A stretch of 64,000 nt of DNA, taken from assembly GCA_002788855.1 (NCBI GenBank), contig PFSB01000021.1:494-64493 (forward strand). The letters are read 5' to 3'. The notes under the pieces are model-generated. The model was not told the origin of the DNA. It saw nothing but the letters and a program-made list of their open reading frames with translations, and ran no database searches. Position numbers and translations under genes: made by a program. Source of the stretch: Candidatus Roizmanbacteria bacterium CG_4_9_14_0_2_um_filter_38_17. Its GTDB lineage: Bacteria; Patescibacteriota; Microgenomatia; GCA-00278855. This document shows, piece after piece, positions 1 through 9,415 of this stretch (positions within the stretch are counted from its first letter, which is position 1; each line of letters begins with the position of its first letter).

Positions 1-2
1 AA

Positions 3-788
3 GTAGGACCAGGAACTGGGATAATTACTGCTGAGTTAGCGAAACGATGTAAAAAAGTTGTTGCGATTGAAATTGATAAAAACCTTGCAAAAAAATTGCA
101 AACAAAATTTATCAATGTTCCAAATATTGAAGTGCACGAGAGAGATTTTCTTTTATATCCTCTTACCGAACAAAAATATAAAGTTTTTTCAAATATTCCT
201 TTTAACATTACTGTGGCAATCGTTAAAAAATTAACTGAAGCGAAAAACCTTCCCACAGACATTTTTCTGTTTGTTCAACATGACGCAGCAAAGAAATTTT
301 TGGGTGCGCCAAACGCCAAAGAAACACAGTTATCACTTTTGTTAATGCCTATTTTTGAACTATCCATAACACATCAATTTAAGAGAAACGACTTTAGACC
401 AATTCCAAATGTAGATATAGTTCTTTTAAGAATCAAAAAAAGAGAAAAGCCAATGGTCGAACAACAGAATGAAAAACTTTATAGGGACTTTATTGTTTAT
501 AGTTTTAACACATGGAAACCAACTTTAAAAGAAGGATTAAAGAAAATTTTTACTGATCATCAATTTTTACGTTTAGCGAAGGATTTCGATTTTTCGTCAT
601 CAGCTAAACCGACTGACTTAAATTTTTCTCAGTGGCTAGGTTTATTCAATTTTTTTAATAAGGGAGTTGATATAGGTAAAAAATCACTGATTAAGGGGTC
701 TGAAGATAAGTTAAAAAATCAACAAGCGAATCTTGCTAAGATTCATAGAACGAGAGTGGCAAAAGACTGGAGAATTGTTAGTGAGTAA
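3..788 (+). CDS. rRNA adenine N6-dimethyltransferase family protein (KsgA/Erm), 5' end outside window
   Basis: Window opens in-frame with VGPGTGIITAEL (SAM-binding GxGxG) followed by SNIPFNIT, the rRNA adenine methyltransferase motif. The ORF-track entry 96..788 is only the Met-initiated tail. Confidence 0.8.
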   Translation, partial: VGPGTGIITAELAKRCKKVVAIEIDKNLAKKLQTKFINVPNIEVHERDFLLYPLTEQKYKVFSNIPFNITVAIVKKLTEAKNLPTDIFLFVQHDAAKKFLGAPNAKETQLSLLLMPIFELSITHQFKRNDFRPIPNVDIVLLRIKKREKPMVEQQNEKLYRDFIVYSFNTWKPTLKEGLKKIFTDHQFLRLAKDFDFSSSAKPTDLNFSQWLGLFNFFNKGVDIGKKSLIKGSEDKLKNQQANLAKIHRTRVAKDWRIVSE

Positions 789-925
789 AATTTGTTTTCC
801 GCGCATGGGTGGGTAGAGCAAGGAAAACTATAAATTCTTTTCCTACTCGCCCGAAGGGCGAGAAAATCGCGCGCGCAAAAAATAGCCCTTCGACTGCGCT
901 CGGGATAAACTCCAGCGAGGTCAGG

Positions 926-953
926 TTTTTATTTTAAAACCCGGTTTTAAAAC
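926..953. repeat. Left copy of ~22-27 bp direct repeat (tttttattttaaaacccggttttaaaa) flanking the GIY-YIG ORF
   Basis: Near-identical copy at 1236..1262. Core aaaacccggtttt is a near-palindrome. Confidence 0.6.
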
Positions 954-968
954 ATTTGGTCAATAGCT

Positions 969-974
969 TATAAT
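969..974 (+). promoter_or_regulatory. TATAAT -10 box 6 nt upstream of GTG start of the GIY-YIG ORF
   Basis: gcttataatttactcGTG. The spacing suggests a very short or leaderless transcript. Confidence 0.35.
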
Positions 975-980
975 TTACTC

Positions 981-1235
981 GTGACCTACTACATATATAT
1001 CCTCCGGACTTCTTCAAACACTCTTTACACAGGTCAAACTAATAACCTTAAGCGCAGGCTTAAAGAGCACAAGAGTAAGTCCTCAAAATCTGCAAAATAT
1101 ATAAGATGCTTCCCAGATTTTACCTTGGTCTATTCTGAAAAATATCAAACTAGAAAAGAAGCAATGCAAAGAGAAATCCAGATAAAAAGCTGGCCCCGAG
1201 CCAAAAAAGACAAACTTGTTTCAACCCAAATCTAG
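981..1235 (+). CDS. GIY-YIG nuclease domain protein (small, ~84 aa)
   Basis: YIYILR...LYTGQTNNLKRRLKEH matches GIY...YIG motifs of the GIY-YIG/UPF0213 family. GTG start. Confidence 0.75.
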   Translation: MTYYIYILRTSSNTLYTGQTNNLKRRLKEHKSKSSKSAKYIRCFPDFTLVYSEKYQTRKEAMQREIQIKSWPRAKKDKLVSTQI

Positions 1236-1262
1236 TTTTATTTAAAACCCGGTTTAAAAATT
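1236..1262. repeat. Right copy of direct repeat flanking the GIY-YIG ORF
   Basis: ttttatttaaaacccggtttaaaaatt; overlaps the obg stop codon. Confidence 0.6.
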
Positions 1263-2211
1263 ACTTAGAGCTGGAGTTAATATAACTTTTTAGCTTATTT
1301 AGACTATCTTCATCATGAATAGAAACAGGTATGATTTCTTTTTTTAGCTTTTTTAGAGATTTGATAATTAACTTTATCTCTTTTTCTGATTTTAGATCTA
1401 TTTTGGTAAGAAGGATTATTTCTGGTACTTCTAGTAGCTTGGGATTAAATATCTCTAACTCTTTTCTTATCTGCTTATAGCTCTTTATGATGTTTTCCTG
1501 ATCAGCGGGTAGGCAGTGAAAAAATAGCGAAACCTTTTCAACATGCTTTAAAAATCTTGTACCTAATCCTTTTCCATCAGAGGCTCCTTCAATGAGCCCT
1601 GGTATATCCGCAATAATTTTTCCGTTCAATTCTCCAAGATTTGGTTCTAACGTGGTAAAAGGGTAATCTCCAATCTTAGGATTTGCATTTGTTATTTCCT
1701 TAAGCAAGCTACTTTTACCTGCATTAGGAAAACCCATAAATCCAATATCTGCAATTAGCTTTAAATTAATATACAGCTCCCTTGACTGACCATTAAATCC
1801 TCTCTCGGCTCTCTTTGGCGCAACATTAGCTGCGGAACGAAATTCCCAGTTCCCTCTTCCACCCCAGCCACCTCTACACAACAAGAATCGCAAGTCTTTA
1901 TCAGTTACTTCAAAAACCTCCCCAGTATTCTTGTCTCTGATTTCCGCACCAATTGGAAGTCGAACTTCCACATCGCTAGAGTTCTTGCCATGTTTTTTAT
2001 TTGACATACCATGCTGACCAGTCTCAGATTCAATCTTAGAACGTCCCGAAAGAGAGGTTAATGCATAAATATCTGTTGTAGAGGTTATATAAATACTACC
2101 ACCCTGCCCTCCATTACCTCCATCAGGACCTCTTCTTGTTTTATAAAAAGAGATCTTCCCATCTCCCCCGTTTCCTGCTTTGAATAAAATATCTATTTCC
2201 GTGACTAACAT
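1261..2211 (-). CDS. obg: GTPase Obg/CgtA (short form lacking C-terminal TGS extension)
   Basis: N-terminal glycine-rich Obg fold (GNGGDGKISF...GGNGGQGG) and G-domain FPNAGKSSLL. Confidence 0.9.
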   Translation of the reverse strand: MLVTEIDILFKAGNGGDGKISFYKTRRGPDGGNGGQGGSIYITSTTDIYALTSLSGRSKIESETGQHGMSNKKHGKNSSDVEVRLPIGAEIRDKNTGEVFEVTDKDLRFLLCRGGWGGRGNWEFRSAANVAPKRAERGFNGQSRELYINLKLIADIGFMGFPNAGKSSLLKEITNANPKIGDYPFTTLEPNLGELNGKIIADIPGLIEGASDGKGLGTRFLKHVEKVSLFFHCLPADQENIIKSYKQIRKELEIFNPKLLEVPEIILLTKIDLKSEKEIKLIIKSLKKLKKEIIPVSIHDEDSLNKLKSYINSSSK

Positions 2212-2230
2212 ATAACTTCTATTATATCAG

Positions 2231-2293
2231 GCCGAAGGTGCCCTAGGTGCCGAAGGTGCCGAAGGTGCCGAAGGTGCCGAAGGTGCCGAAGGT
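2231..2293. repeat. Tandem 9-bp repeat (gccgaaggt) x7 plus one variant unit gccctaggt
   Basis: Read directly from sequence. GC-rich microsatellite in an AT-rich divergent intergenic region between obg and the ATP-grasp gene. Confidence 0.9.
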
Positions 2294-2301
2294 GCCGTCT
2301 G

Positions 2302-2310
2302 TGCTATAAT
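2302..2310 (+). promoter_or_regulatory. Extended -10 promoter element TGcTATAAT immediately 3' of the 9-mer array
   Basis: tgtgctataat reads as a perfect TGnTATAAT. Oriented toward the + strand ATP-grasp gene. Confidence 0.45.
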
Positions 2311-2453
2311 GTACCAGATTGCAGATTGTATACGGATACGTCTGCTTGTATTTTGATTTAGTTTTTTAGAGATAAAAGATACCTTACTTTTTTAAAAAAT
2401 TTTGTATCTTCTTTCGTAAGTTAAACAATTTCACTTTCTTCAAGCAGAGGTAT

Positions 2454-3557
2454 TTGTATATAAAAAAAATAGTTTTATTTGACATGCTTATCGTATATAA
2501 CGATAGTATTGCTACGAGTGCATCCTCAACAAGTAAATCTTCTTTGTTTCCGTTTTCCAAAGAGTCAAATAGAACACATTACAACAATGCTTATGCCTAC
2601 TTCTTAGAAACCTGCAATCTTAATAATATTAAAGCCGCATTTACAACGACAAAAGACTTGAACTCCAGCAGAAACTTTGATAGCTTCTGGATATATAAAA
2701 ATAACTCTTGGAAAAAATCTATGCAAACTTGCTCAGCTCCTCTCATATTTGATAAATTCTCTCCTAAAACTAAAAAACAAAGGCAAAGGCGTCTGGATCT
2801 TTTCTCAAGTTCTAATGTTAAACCTTTCAACAGTCCAAAACTATTTTCACTTTTTTTTGATAAGCAAAAAACATTCGATAAACTTAGCGAATACGCTATT
2901 CCCACAGTTTCCATAGATGACAAAAGCGAAAAAGGCATTACAAAAACATTTAAAAAACTTGCGATTCTATTACAAAACCACCCAAATAAAAATGATTTTT
3001 CAAGTGATATTGTAGTAAAAGACAGATACGGTGCTGGTGGTAACAGAATTTATAAAATTAATTCAACAGATACTGTTTCCAAAATTTTAGATATTCTTGA
3101 GACAGATAAAAACCAATCATTCCTATTGCAGCCATTTACCAAATTTAGCAAAGGCTATTTTAAATATAATAGCTTAAAAGGATTTGTAGACATACGTATT
3201 ATCTTCATGGGACAAAATGTAATACAGACATATATTAGAACAGCGTCAGGAAGTGATTTTAGATGTAATGAGCATCTTGGAGGAAGTCTTGAGTATATTA
3301 ATATTACCGAAATTCCAAAGAAAGTAATAAACATGTCAAAAAAAATTGCGCTATCTGTAAGCAAGAAAAATTCGCTCTATGCTCTTGATTTTATTATTTC
3401 AAATAATGGAAACGTATATTTAATGGAGGGAAATACTGGTCCAGGTCTTGACTGGAATTCATCAATAAAAAAGAATGTTTTTGAAGGAAAAAAATTAATA
3501 TCCGAAATAGTAAAAGAGTTATCCTCCCGGATGAAACTTCCACACGTGATTAGCTAA
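2454..3557 (+). CDS. ATP-grasp family protein (RimK / glutathione-synthetase-like)
   Basis: C-terminal half has VVKDRYGAGGNRIYKI, DFRCNEHLGGSLEYI and YLMEGNTGPG, ATP-grasp-like motifs. N-terminal ~120 aa is low-complexity and the true start is uncertain. Confidence 0.55.
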   Translation: MYIKKIVLFDMLIVYNDSIATSASSTSKSSLFPFSKESNRTHYNNAYAYFLETCNLNNIKAAFTTTKDLNSSRNFDSFWIYKNNSWKKSMQTCSAPLIFDKFSPKTKKQRQRRLDLFSSSNVKPFNSPKLFSLFFDKQKTFDKLSEYAIPTVSIDDKSEKGITKTFKKLAILLQNHPNKNDFSSDIVVKDRYGAGGNRIYKINSTDTVSKILDILETDKNQSFLLQPFTKFSKGYFKYNSLKGFVDIRIIFMGQNVIQTYIRTASGSDFRCNEHLGGSLEYINITEIPKKVINMSKKIALSVSKKNSLYALDFIISNNGNVYLMEGNTGPGLDWNSSIKKNVFEGKKLISEIVKELSSRMKLPHVIS

Positions 3558-3596
3558 CAAACTTTGCTGAAAATATAGGATGATATAATTCCCCTT

Positions 3597-4250
3597 ATGT
3601 TTAAGATTAAGAAATTCGATCTTCTCGTTTCTGTATACATTTTCTGTATTATGGTTTCTGAACTAATGGGAGGAAAAACTTTTCCACTAATAAAGATTGG
3701 AACTTACCAACTAAACGCTAGTGTAGCAATATTTGTCTTCCCTCTAATTTTTACTATTAATGACATGATTATTGAAGTTTATGGAAAAGAGAGAGCTAGA
3801 AGCTTAGTTCGCTCTGCGCTTTTTGTAATATTTCTAATTATGATATTCTCACTTTTAGCAATAAGCCTTCCACCATCTAGAAGATTTGCAGAGAGCGAAG
3901 AGGCGTATGACAATGTATTTAGTAAATCTGCCAGAATATCTTTTGCTAGTTTAACCGCTTTTGCCCTAGCTGAATTTACCGATCTTTTAATCTTTGTACA
4001 TATTCGAAAAAAGCTTGGCAAAGGTTCACTCTGGCTTCGAAATAATGTTTCAAACATCGTTTCACAATTTGTAGATACAACGATCTTTATGACGGTCGCT
4101 TTTTATGGCTTAGGACAGTCACTGGGAGACAATATATCTTTCTTATCCAGCATAATAATTCCATATTGGTTACTAAAAAGTTTCATGTCTATTATTGAAA
4201 CCCCCCTTGTCTACCTCGGAGTAACCTGGCTCAAGAAAGATAAGACATGA
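3597..4250 (+). CDS. Queuosine-precursor transporter, YhhQ/DUF165 (VUT) family
   Basis: Polytopic membrane protein with the family-conserved FPLIFTINDMIIEVYG motif. Confidence 0.7.
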   Translation: MFKIKKFDLLVSVYIFCIMVSELMGGKTFPLIKIGTYQLNASVAIFVFPLIFTINDMIIEVYGKERARSLVRSALFVIFLIMIFSLLAISLPPSRRFAESEEAYDNVFSKSARISFASLTAFALAEFTDLLIFVHIRKKLGKGSLWLRNNVSNIVSQFVDTTIFMTVAFYGLGQSLGDNISFLSSIIIPYWLLKSFMSIIETPLVYLGVTWLKKDKT

Positions 4251-4771
4251 AAATAATTATGGTTATAGTTGCTTCAGTCAACGGCAAAATTACCAACGGC
4301 AACCCCAACATTTACTCCTGGACCTCCAAAGAAGATAGTGTGCATTTCTACTCACTTATTAATAATCATAATCTTATTGTAATGGGGAGAAAAACATTTG
4401 AAGCAGCCAAGGGTAAAATTATGCTAACTCCCGACAAATTAAGAATAGTCCTAACAAAAAATCCGGCAAATTACAATAAAAAATCAGTACCCGGACAACT
4501 AGAGTTTAGTAATGAAGCCCCAACAAAACTAATTAATCACCTAAAGAAACTGGGGTATAGCAAATTGCTTCTCGTGGGTGGATCCAAGATCAATGGACTA
4601 TTCTTAAAAAACGAATTAGTCAATGAAATCTATTTAACTATAGAACCAAAACTATTTGGCAAAGGTAATGAACTACTAGAAACAGTTAATCTAGAGCAAG
4701 ATTTAAAGCTCTTGAATTTTAAGAAACTAAATAACAAGGGCACTCTCCTCCTTCATTACAAAGTAATCTAG
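4247..4771 (+). CDS. Dihydrofolate-reductase-like / RibD C-terminal domain reductase
   Basis: IIMVIVASVNGKI...LIVMGRKTFE...LLLVGGSKINGLF pattern of the DHFR/RibD_C fold. 4-bp overlap with upstream gene. Confidence 0.6.
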   Translation: MKIIMVIVASVNGKITNGNPNIYSWTSKEDSVHFYSLINNHNLIVMGRKTFEAAKGKIMLTPDKLRIVLTKNPANYNKKSVPGQLEFSNEAPTKLINHLKKLGYSKLLLVGGSKINGLFLKNELVNEIYLTIEPKLFGKGNELLETVNLEQDLKLLNFKKLNNKGTLLLHYKVI

Positions 4772-5113
4772 TTATCTTTTTGGGGTGACTCTGCGTTTTC
4801 CTATCTTTTTAAGTGAGTAGTCAATAGCTTTATCCAGATCAATATGCTTTATTCTGGCAAAACGAAGTATCGCTACTAAAATATCTCCCAATTCTTGCTC
4901 ATAAGTCTCGTCTTCCTGAGCGGCTATATTAGTTGGCTTTCTTCCATGTTTAGCTAAATAAGCTCTAGCCATCTCTCCTATTTCCTCAACAAGTGTAAGT
5001 ATCAGAAAAGATCCAAATTCTTGAGTGTTCTTAACACCTTTGTCTATTTCATCAAATCTACGAAAATACTTACCAAAAGGAGTAGATAGTGGCTTGCGTA
5101 ATTTATCTATCAT
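4772..5113 (-). CDS. MazG-like nucleotide pyrophosphohydrolase (start refined to internal Met MIDKL)
   Basis: EEIGEMARAY...ELGDILVAILRFAR is a MazG/NTP-PPase helical motif. The longer ORF-track start would overlap era. Confidence 0.6.
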   Translation of the reverse strand: MIDKLRKPLSTPFGKYFRRFDEIDKGVKNTQEFGSFLILTLVEEIGEMARAYLAKHGRKPTNIAAQEDETYEQELGDILVAILRFARIKHIDLDKAIDYSLKKIGKRRVTPKR

Positions 5114-5138
5114 AGTTCTATTATATAATAACAGAAGT

Positions 5139-6002
5139 ATGAAAGCAGGAGTAGTAGTTATGCTAGGTAGAACAAATGCGGGCAAGTCAACCCTTTTAAA
5201 TCGTCTTATTGGTCAAAAAGTAGCTATAACTTCAAGAAAACCTCAGACAACAAGATTTGCAATAAACGCAGTGTATGAGGACAAGAGAGGACAGATTATA
5301 TTTACAGATACACCTGGTGTATTTGAAAGATCCCCCGATCTATTGGCAAAAAAAGTTGGACTAAAACCCGAAGAAGCCCTTAAGGAAGGAGTAAATGTGG
5401 CAGTGTATGTAGTTGATCATACCCGCTACCGCGACGTAGAAGAAAATAGAACATTGGGTATGGTCAGAAAATTAGATGTTCCCAAAATATTAGTTTTTAA
5501 CAAGTGGGACATTAAGAAACCTAGTTTTTACGAAGAACTTCGCTTTATGGAAGAGGAGTTTGATACTACTCTATTTATCTCCGCACTAAAAGGACACAAC
5601 TTAAACTTATTACTTGAAGAAATTTTTAAACACTTACCCGAAGTCCAGAGCAAGTTAGTAGACACCAGTCAAATGGCAACTCCCTTGCTCAATGTGAATA
5701 GTAAACTATATATTGAAGAGATTATTCGTGAAAAAGCATTCCACTCACTCGGACAAGAACTACCATATACATTAACTGTAACAGCAAGTGAGATAACAGA
5801 AAGAGAAAATGGAACCTTATACATTAGAGCAGATATTGTTACTAATGAGGAAAGGTACAAGAAAATGATTATTGGGAATGAGGGTAAAAAAATTAAACAG
5901 ATAGGATTAACAGCCAGAAAAGAATTGGAAACAGCCAGAAATGAAAAGGTTTTTATCGAGCTTAAAGTTGTAGTCAATCGCCACTGGATGGAAGCCTTCT
6001 AA
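5139..6002 (+). CDS. era: GTPase Era
   Basis: GRTNAGKSTLLN (G1) and DTPG (G3) motifs, C-terminal KH domain. Start refined to MKAGVVVMLGR. Confidence 0.9.
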   Translation: MKAGVVVMLGRTNAGKSTLLNRLIGQKVAITSRKPQTTRFAINAVYEDKRGQIIFTDTPGVFERSPDLLAKKVGLKPEEALKEGVNVAVYVVDHTRYRDVEENRTLGMVRKLDVPKILVFNKWDIKKPSFYEELRFMEEEFDTTLFISALKGHNLNLLLEEIFKHLPEVQSKLVDTSQMATPLLNVNSKLYIEEIIREKAFHSLGQELPYTLTVTASEITERENGTLYIRADIVTNEERYKKMIIGNEGKKIKQIGLTARKELETARNEKVFIELKVVVNRHWMEAF

Positions 6003-7362
6003 GCAAGCGTTCAAGCGTTTCCTCTTTCCCAAGTATTTCCAGAGACTCAAATAGTGGTGGCCCAACCTTTCGTCCCGCCACACCAATTCGCACCTGCATA
6101 AATAATTTACTTTTAGATAACTCAAGTTTTTCTGCAAAGCTCTCCAACTGCTTATGCAGTATATCGTGATTCCAGTTATCTATCTTATTTAATTCATCAA
6201 TAACCTTCAAAATAATCTGCCCATCTACTTCTTTCTCATATTTACTAGGTCTTTTAAACAAAAACTCGCACATTGGCATATATTCAGACAGTTTCTTAAT
6301 CCTAGTTTGAGTGAGTGGCAGTGATTTCTCAACAATTTTCTCACTGTAGCTATCTCCAATATAATCCATTATTTGAGATTTGAGCTTTGGAATTTGAGAT
6401 TTTCGTATGTACTCTCCATTCATCCATTCGAGCTTTGTCACATCAAATATTGGAGCTGATTTACTCATTCGTGCAAAATCAAACTCGGCAATAAACTCCG
6501 AAAGCGTAAATATATCTCGACCATCAGACATTGAAAAACCCAATGTTCCGAAATAATTTAGCATAGCCTCTGGTAATAATCCTTGATCCTTATACCAACT
6601 CACCCAAACAGGATTTCGGCGCTTCGACAGCTTACTTTTATCTGGATTTCGAAGAAGTGGTGTGTGTATAAACTCTGGCAAATCCCATTCTAGAGCTTTG
6701 TATATTTGAACATGTTTAGGTGTCGAAGATAGCCATTCTTCACCTCTGATTACATGCGTAATACCCATCAAGTTATCATCAATCACAACTGCCAAATGAT
6801 AAGTAGGAAACCCATCAGATTTTAAAATTATCTGATCATCAATTAGCTCATTTTTAAAAACAACCTCTCCCCGAATTTTATCTTGGAACTTAGTTTCTCC
6901 CTTATTTGGCATCTTAAGCCTGACTACTTTTCCGGATTTTTTTCCAAGATCACGACACTTACCGTCATAAATAGGAGGCTTACCAGACTTTTGTTGTTCT
7001 TTTCGCATTTCATCTAGACGCTCCGACGTGCAATCGCAATAATAAGCATCACCTTGCTCAACTAGCTGTTTCGCATACTTTTGATAAATCTCAAGTCTTT
7101 TTGATTGTTTATATGGACCAACTTTACCGCCGTGAATAATACTCTCATCTGGATCCAAACCCAGCCATGATAAAGATTTAAATATTCTTGCCTCAGATCC
7201 TTCGACCTTTCTTTTCTGATCAGTATCTTCAATACGAACAATAAATTGACCCTTATGTTGTTTTGCATAGGCAAAATTTAGTAGTGCCGTATATGCATTA
7301 CCTACATGTAAGTCTTCACCAGTGGGAGAGGGCGCAATACGTGTACGAACGCTCCTTGTCAT
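5974..7362 (-). CDS. gltX: Glutamyl-tRNA synthetase
   Basis: Class I HIGH motif (PSPTGEDLHVGNAYTAL) and KMSKS-like KLSKR. Confidence 0.9.
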   Translation of the reverse strand: MTRSVRTRIAPSPTGEDLHVGNAYTALLNFAYAKQHKGQFIVRIEDTDQKRKVEGSEARIFKSLSWLGLDPDESIIHGGKVGPYKQSKRLEIYQKYAKQLVEQGDAYYCDCTSERLDEMRKEQQKSGKPPIYDGKCRDLGKKSGKVVRLKMPNKGETKFQDKIRGEVVFKNELIDDQIILKSDGFPTYHLAVVIDDNLMGITHVIRGEEWLSSTPKHVQIYKALEWDLPEFIHTPLLRNPDKSKLSKRRNPVWVSWYKDQGLLPEAMLNYFGTLGFSMSDGRDIFTLSEFIAEFDFARMSKSAPIFDVTKLEWMNGEYIRKSQIPKLKSQIMDYIGDSYSEKIVEKSLPLTQTRIKKLSEYMPMCEFLFKRPSKYEKEVDGQIILKVIDELNKIDNWNHDILHKQLESFAEKLELSKSKLFMQVRIGVAGRKVGPPLFESLEILGKEETLERLLRRLPSSGD

Positions 7363-7399
7363 GATTGAATTGTACCATGGTTACAGGTATACTTATAAT

Positions 7400-8452
7400 A
7401 TGGTCACTCTGACTCAAGCAGCTTCTTACTCTAAAAAAATAGTAATTTATGCCGTATTTTTAACGATCTTCGTGATTTTAGTTGTTATAGCCATAGGATT
7501 AGTCCGCGACTATCTAAAAGCACGGGTACCTGAACCAGGTATTATTACAACCAACGGATTCGGCAAATTATCCGGACTAGTTTTTCCACAAGAAAATAGT
7601 AGACCTGGAATCTTAACTCTCCAAACAATTCAAGGTGGTGTACCAGAGGCTTCCTCAGTTGCACGTATCTATAAAACTATATCGAATCCTCCTGGGTTAT
7701 TAGCTTCCAGCAAGGCCCAACAGTTTGCGCGTCTTCAAGGTTTTAACTCTACCCCAACTACTAAAACAGCTACTGAGCATGTTTTTAATGATTCACTATA
7801 TCCTGCCCGCAGCTTAATTTACAATCTTGCAACAGGAAACTTTGATCTTATATATAATTTGGAGGAAGATAACTCACCAGTTTTGACCAGTAAAATATCT
7901 GCAGATAGTAGCCAGATTTTAGAAGAAGCAATTACGCTCTTACAAAGTACAGGTAAATTTACTCCCTCTTTAGAAAGTGGCATTCAAAAAATAGCATATT
8001 ACAAGTACGCAGATAATGAATATAGTCTCGTGCAAAACAAGCTAGAGGCAAATTTAGCTAGAGTAAATTTTTTTTCTGGACCAATTGACACAATGGATAT
8101 AAAAACACCTAATACTAATCAATCTTCAGTCTATGTAACTTTTTCTGGAAAAGATAACAGAAATCAGCGAATTATTCAGTTTCACTATCAGCTATTCCCT
8201 GTGGATCCTGGATCACTACAAACATATCCAATAAAACCTGGCCACGTAGCATGGGAAGAATTAGTAAGTGGCAAAGGTTATGTTGTGAATATAGGAACAG
8301 GTAACCAAGCGCAAGTTTTTGTACGAGACGCATATCTTGCCTTCTATGACCCTGGAGAATTCCATGAATATTTGCAGCCTATCTACGTTTTCACAGGTGA
8401 CCGAGGGTTTGAAGCTTATGTACCAGCTATTGATCCAATGTGGATTGAATAG
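7400..8452 (+). CDS. Hypothetical membrane-anchored / secreted protein
   Basis: Single N-terminal TM helix then a polar ~330 aa domain with no motif I recognise. Start refined to MVTLTQ. Confidence 0.5.
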   Translation: MVTLTQAASYSKKIVIYAVFLTIFVILVVIAIGLVRDYLKARVPEPGIITTNGFGKLSGLVFPQENSRPGILTLQTIQGGVPEASSVARIYKTISNPPGLLASSKAQQFARLQGFNSTPTTKTATEHVFNDSLYPARSLIYNLATGNFDLIYNLEEDNSPVLTSKISADSSQILEEAITLLQSTGKFTPSLESGIQKIAYYKYADNEYSLVQNKLEANLARVNFFSGPIDTMDIKTPNTNQSSVYVTFSGKDNRNQRIIQFHYQLFPVDPGSLQTYPIKPGHVAWEELVSGKGYVVNIGTGNQAQVFVRDAYLAFYDPGEFHEYLQPIYVFTGDRGFEAYVPAIDPMWIE

Positions 8453-9389
8453 GCGACCACTCAAACCCATTAAACACCCAATCAATCAATACCCTTGTGT
8501 CTGCAAAACGATCTTTACTTCCCAGCACTACCAACATCACTTTTTGACCATTACGGGACACTGTTGTAACCAGATTTTCTCCAGCCTCAGCTGTAAATCC
8601 AGTTTTAACACCCGCTACTCCAGGTATTTCTCCCAACAACTCATTTACCGTAGCTAGATCGTGAAAATAGGTATAACTGGCATCAGCTACCGTAATTGCT
8701 TTTGTTCCAACCATATGTGCCAGGGTAGGATTGTTAAGGACATACAGCCCTAAAATAGCCAAGTCTCTGGCTGTAACATACTGATCTGGATGATCGTAAC
8801 CAATAGGATTAGCAAAACTTGAATTTTCTAAGCCCAGTTCTTTTCCCTTTTCATTCATTTTTATTACAAAAGCATCAACTCCACCAGGATAATTGTCTGC
8901 TAAAACAAACGCTGCATCATTAGCTGAGTGAACTAAAGCGCCATACAAAAGATTTTCTACAGACATCCTTTCGCCATAAAAAAGCTCCATCGTTTTCCCA
9001 TCTGTTGCCAAACCTCTCACTTCTATAACGTCATCAAGTTGATAATAGTCCAGTGCAACAAGTGCAGTGATCAACTTAGTCGTAGATGCGGGCGCTAACT
9101 TTTGATTAGCATTTTTATCATAGAGAACTAGACCTGCATCTGGCTCATATATATAGGCTGCACGTGCTGAAACTTCAGGATCTGGTAACCAGCTTTTCTT
9201 CTGTGGCAATAAAGATGGTTCAAATTCAGGCAGTGAATCAACGACTGCTCCTACAGCATTAACAAGTGGGGTTTGGGTATATTTATTCTCCCCTGGATAC
9301 ACAAGAAAAAACAAGGAAACTGTGAAAATTAGGAAATACTGATCAAAACGTAAGTGCTCTCGCCAATGCTTTTTTGGTTTTTTAACCAT
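8427..9389 (-). CDS. D-alanyl-D-alanine carboxypeptidase (peptidase S11, PBP5-like)
   Basis: SxxK (ASTTK), SxN (HSAND) and KTG (KTGFT) motifs. Confidence 0.85.
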   Translation of the reverse strand: MVKKPKKHWREHLRFDQYFLIFTVSLFFLVYPGENKYTQTPLVNAVGAVVDSLPEFEPSLLPQKKSWLPDPEVSARAAYIYEPDAGLVLYDKNANQKLAPASTTKLITALVALDYYQLDDVIEVRGLATDGKTMELFYGERMSVENLLYGALVHSANDAAFVLADNYPGGVDAFVIKMNEKGKELGLENSSFANPIGYDHPDQYVTARDLAILGLYVLNNPTLAHMVGTKAITVADASYTYFHDLATVNELLGEIPGVAGVKTGFTAEAGENLVTTVSRNGQKVMLVVLGSKDRFADTRVLIDWVFNGFEWSPIQSTLDQ

Positions 9390-9415
9390 GCATCAATAAT
9401 AACACTAATCCGTGG

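Noticed and set aside
790-980. SRP (4.5S) RNA because of GAGGTCAGG
   Set aside because: Lacks the GGAAGCAG domain-IV partner and overall helix 8 symmetry. Left as unclassified structured spacer.
2597-3364. ORFs 2597..2938(-), 2677..2916(+), 3155..3364(-) inside the ATP-grasp gene
   Set aside because: Embedded shadow ORFs with low-complexity sequence.
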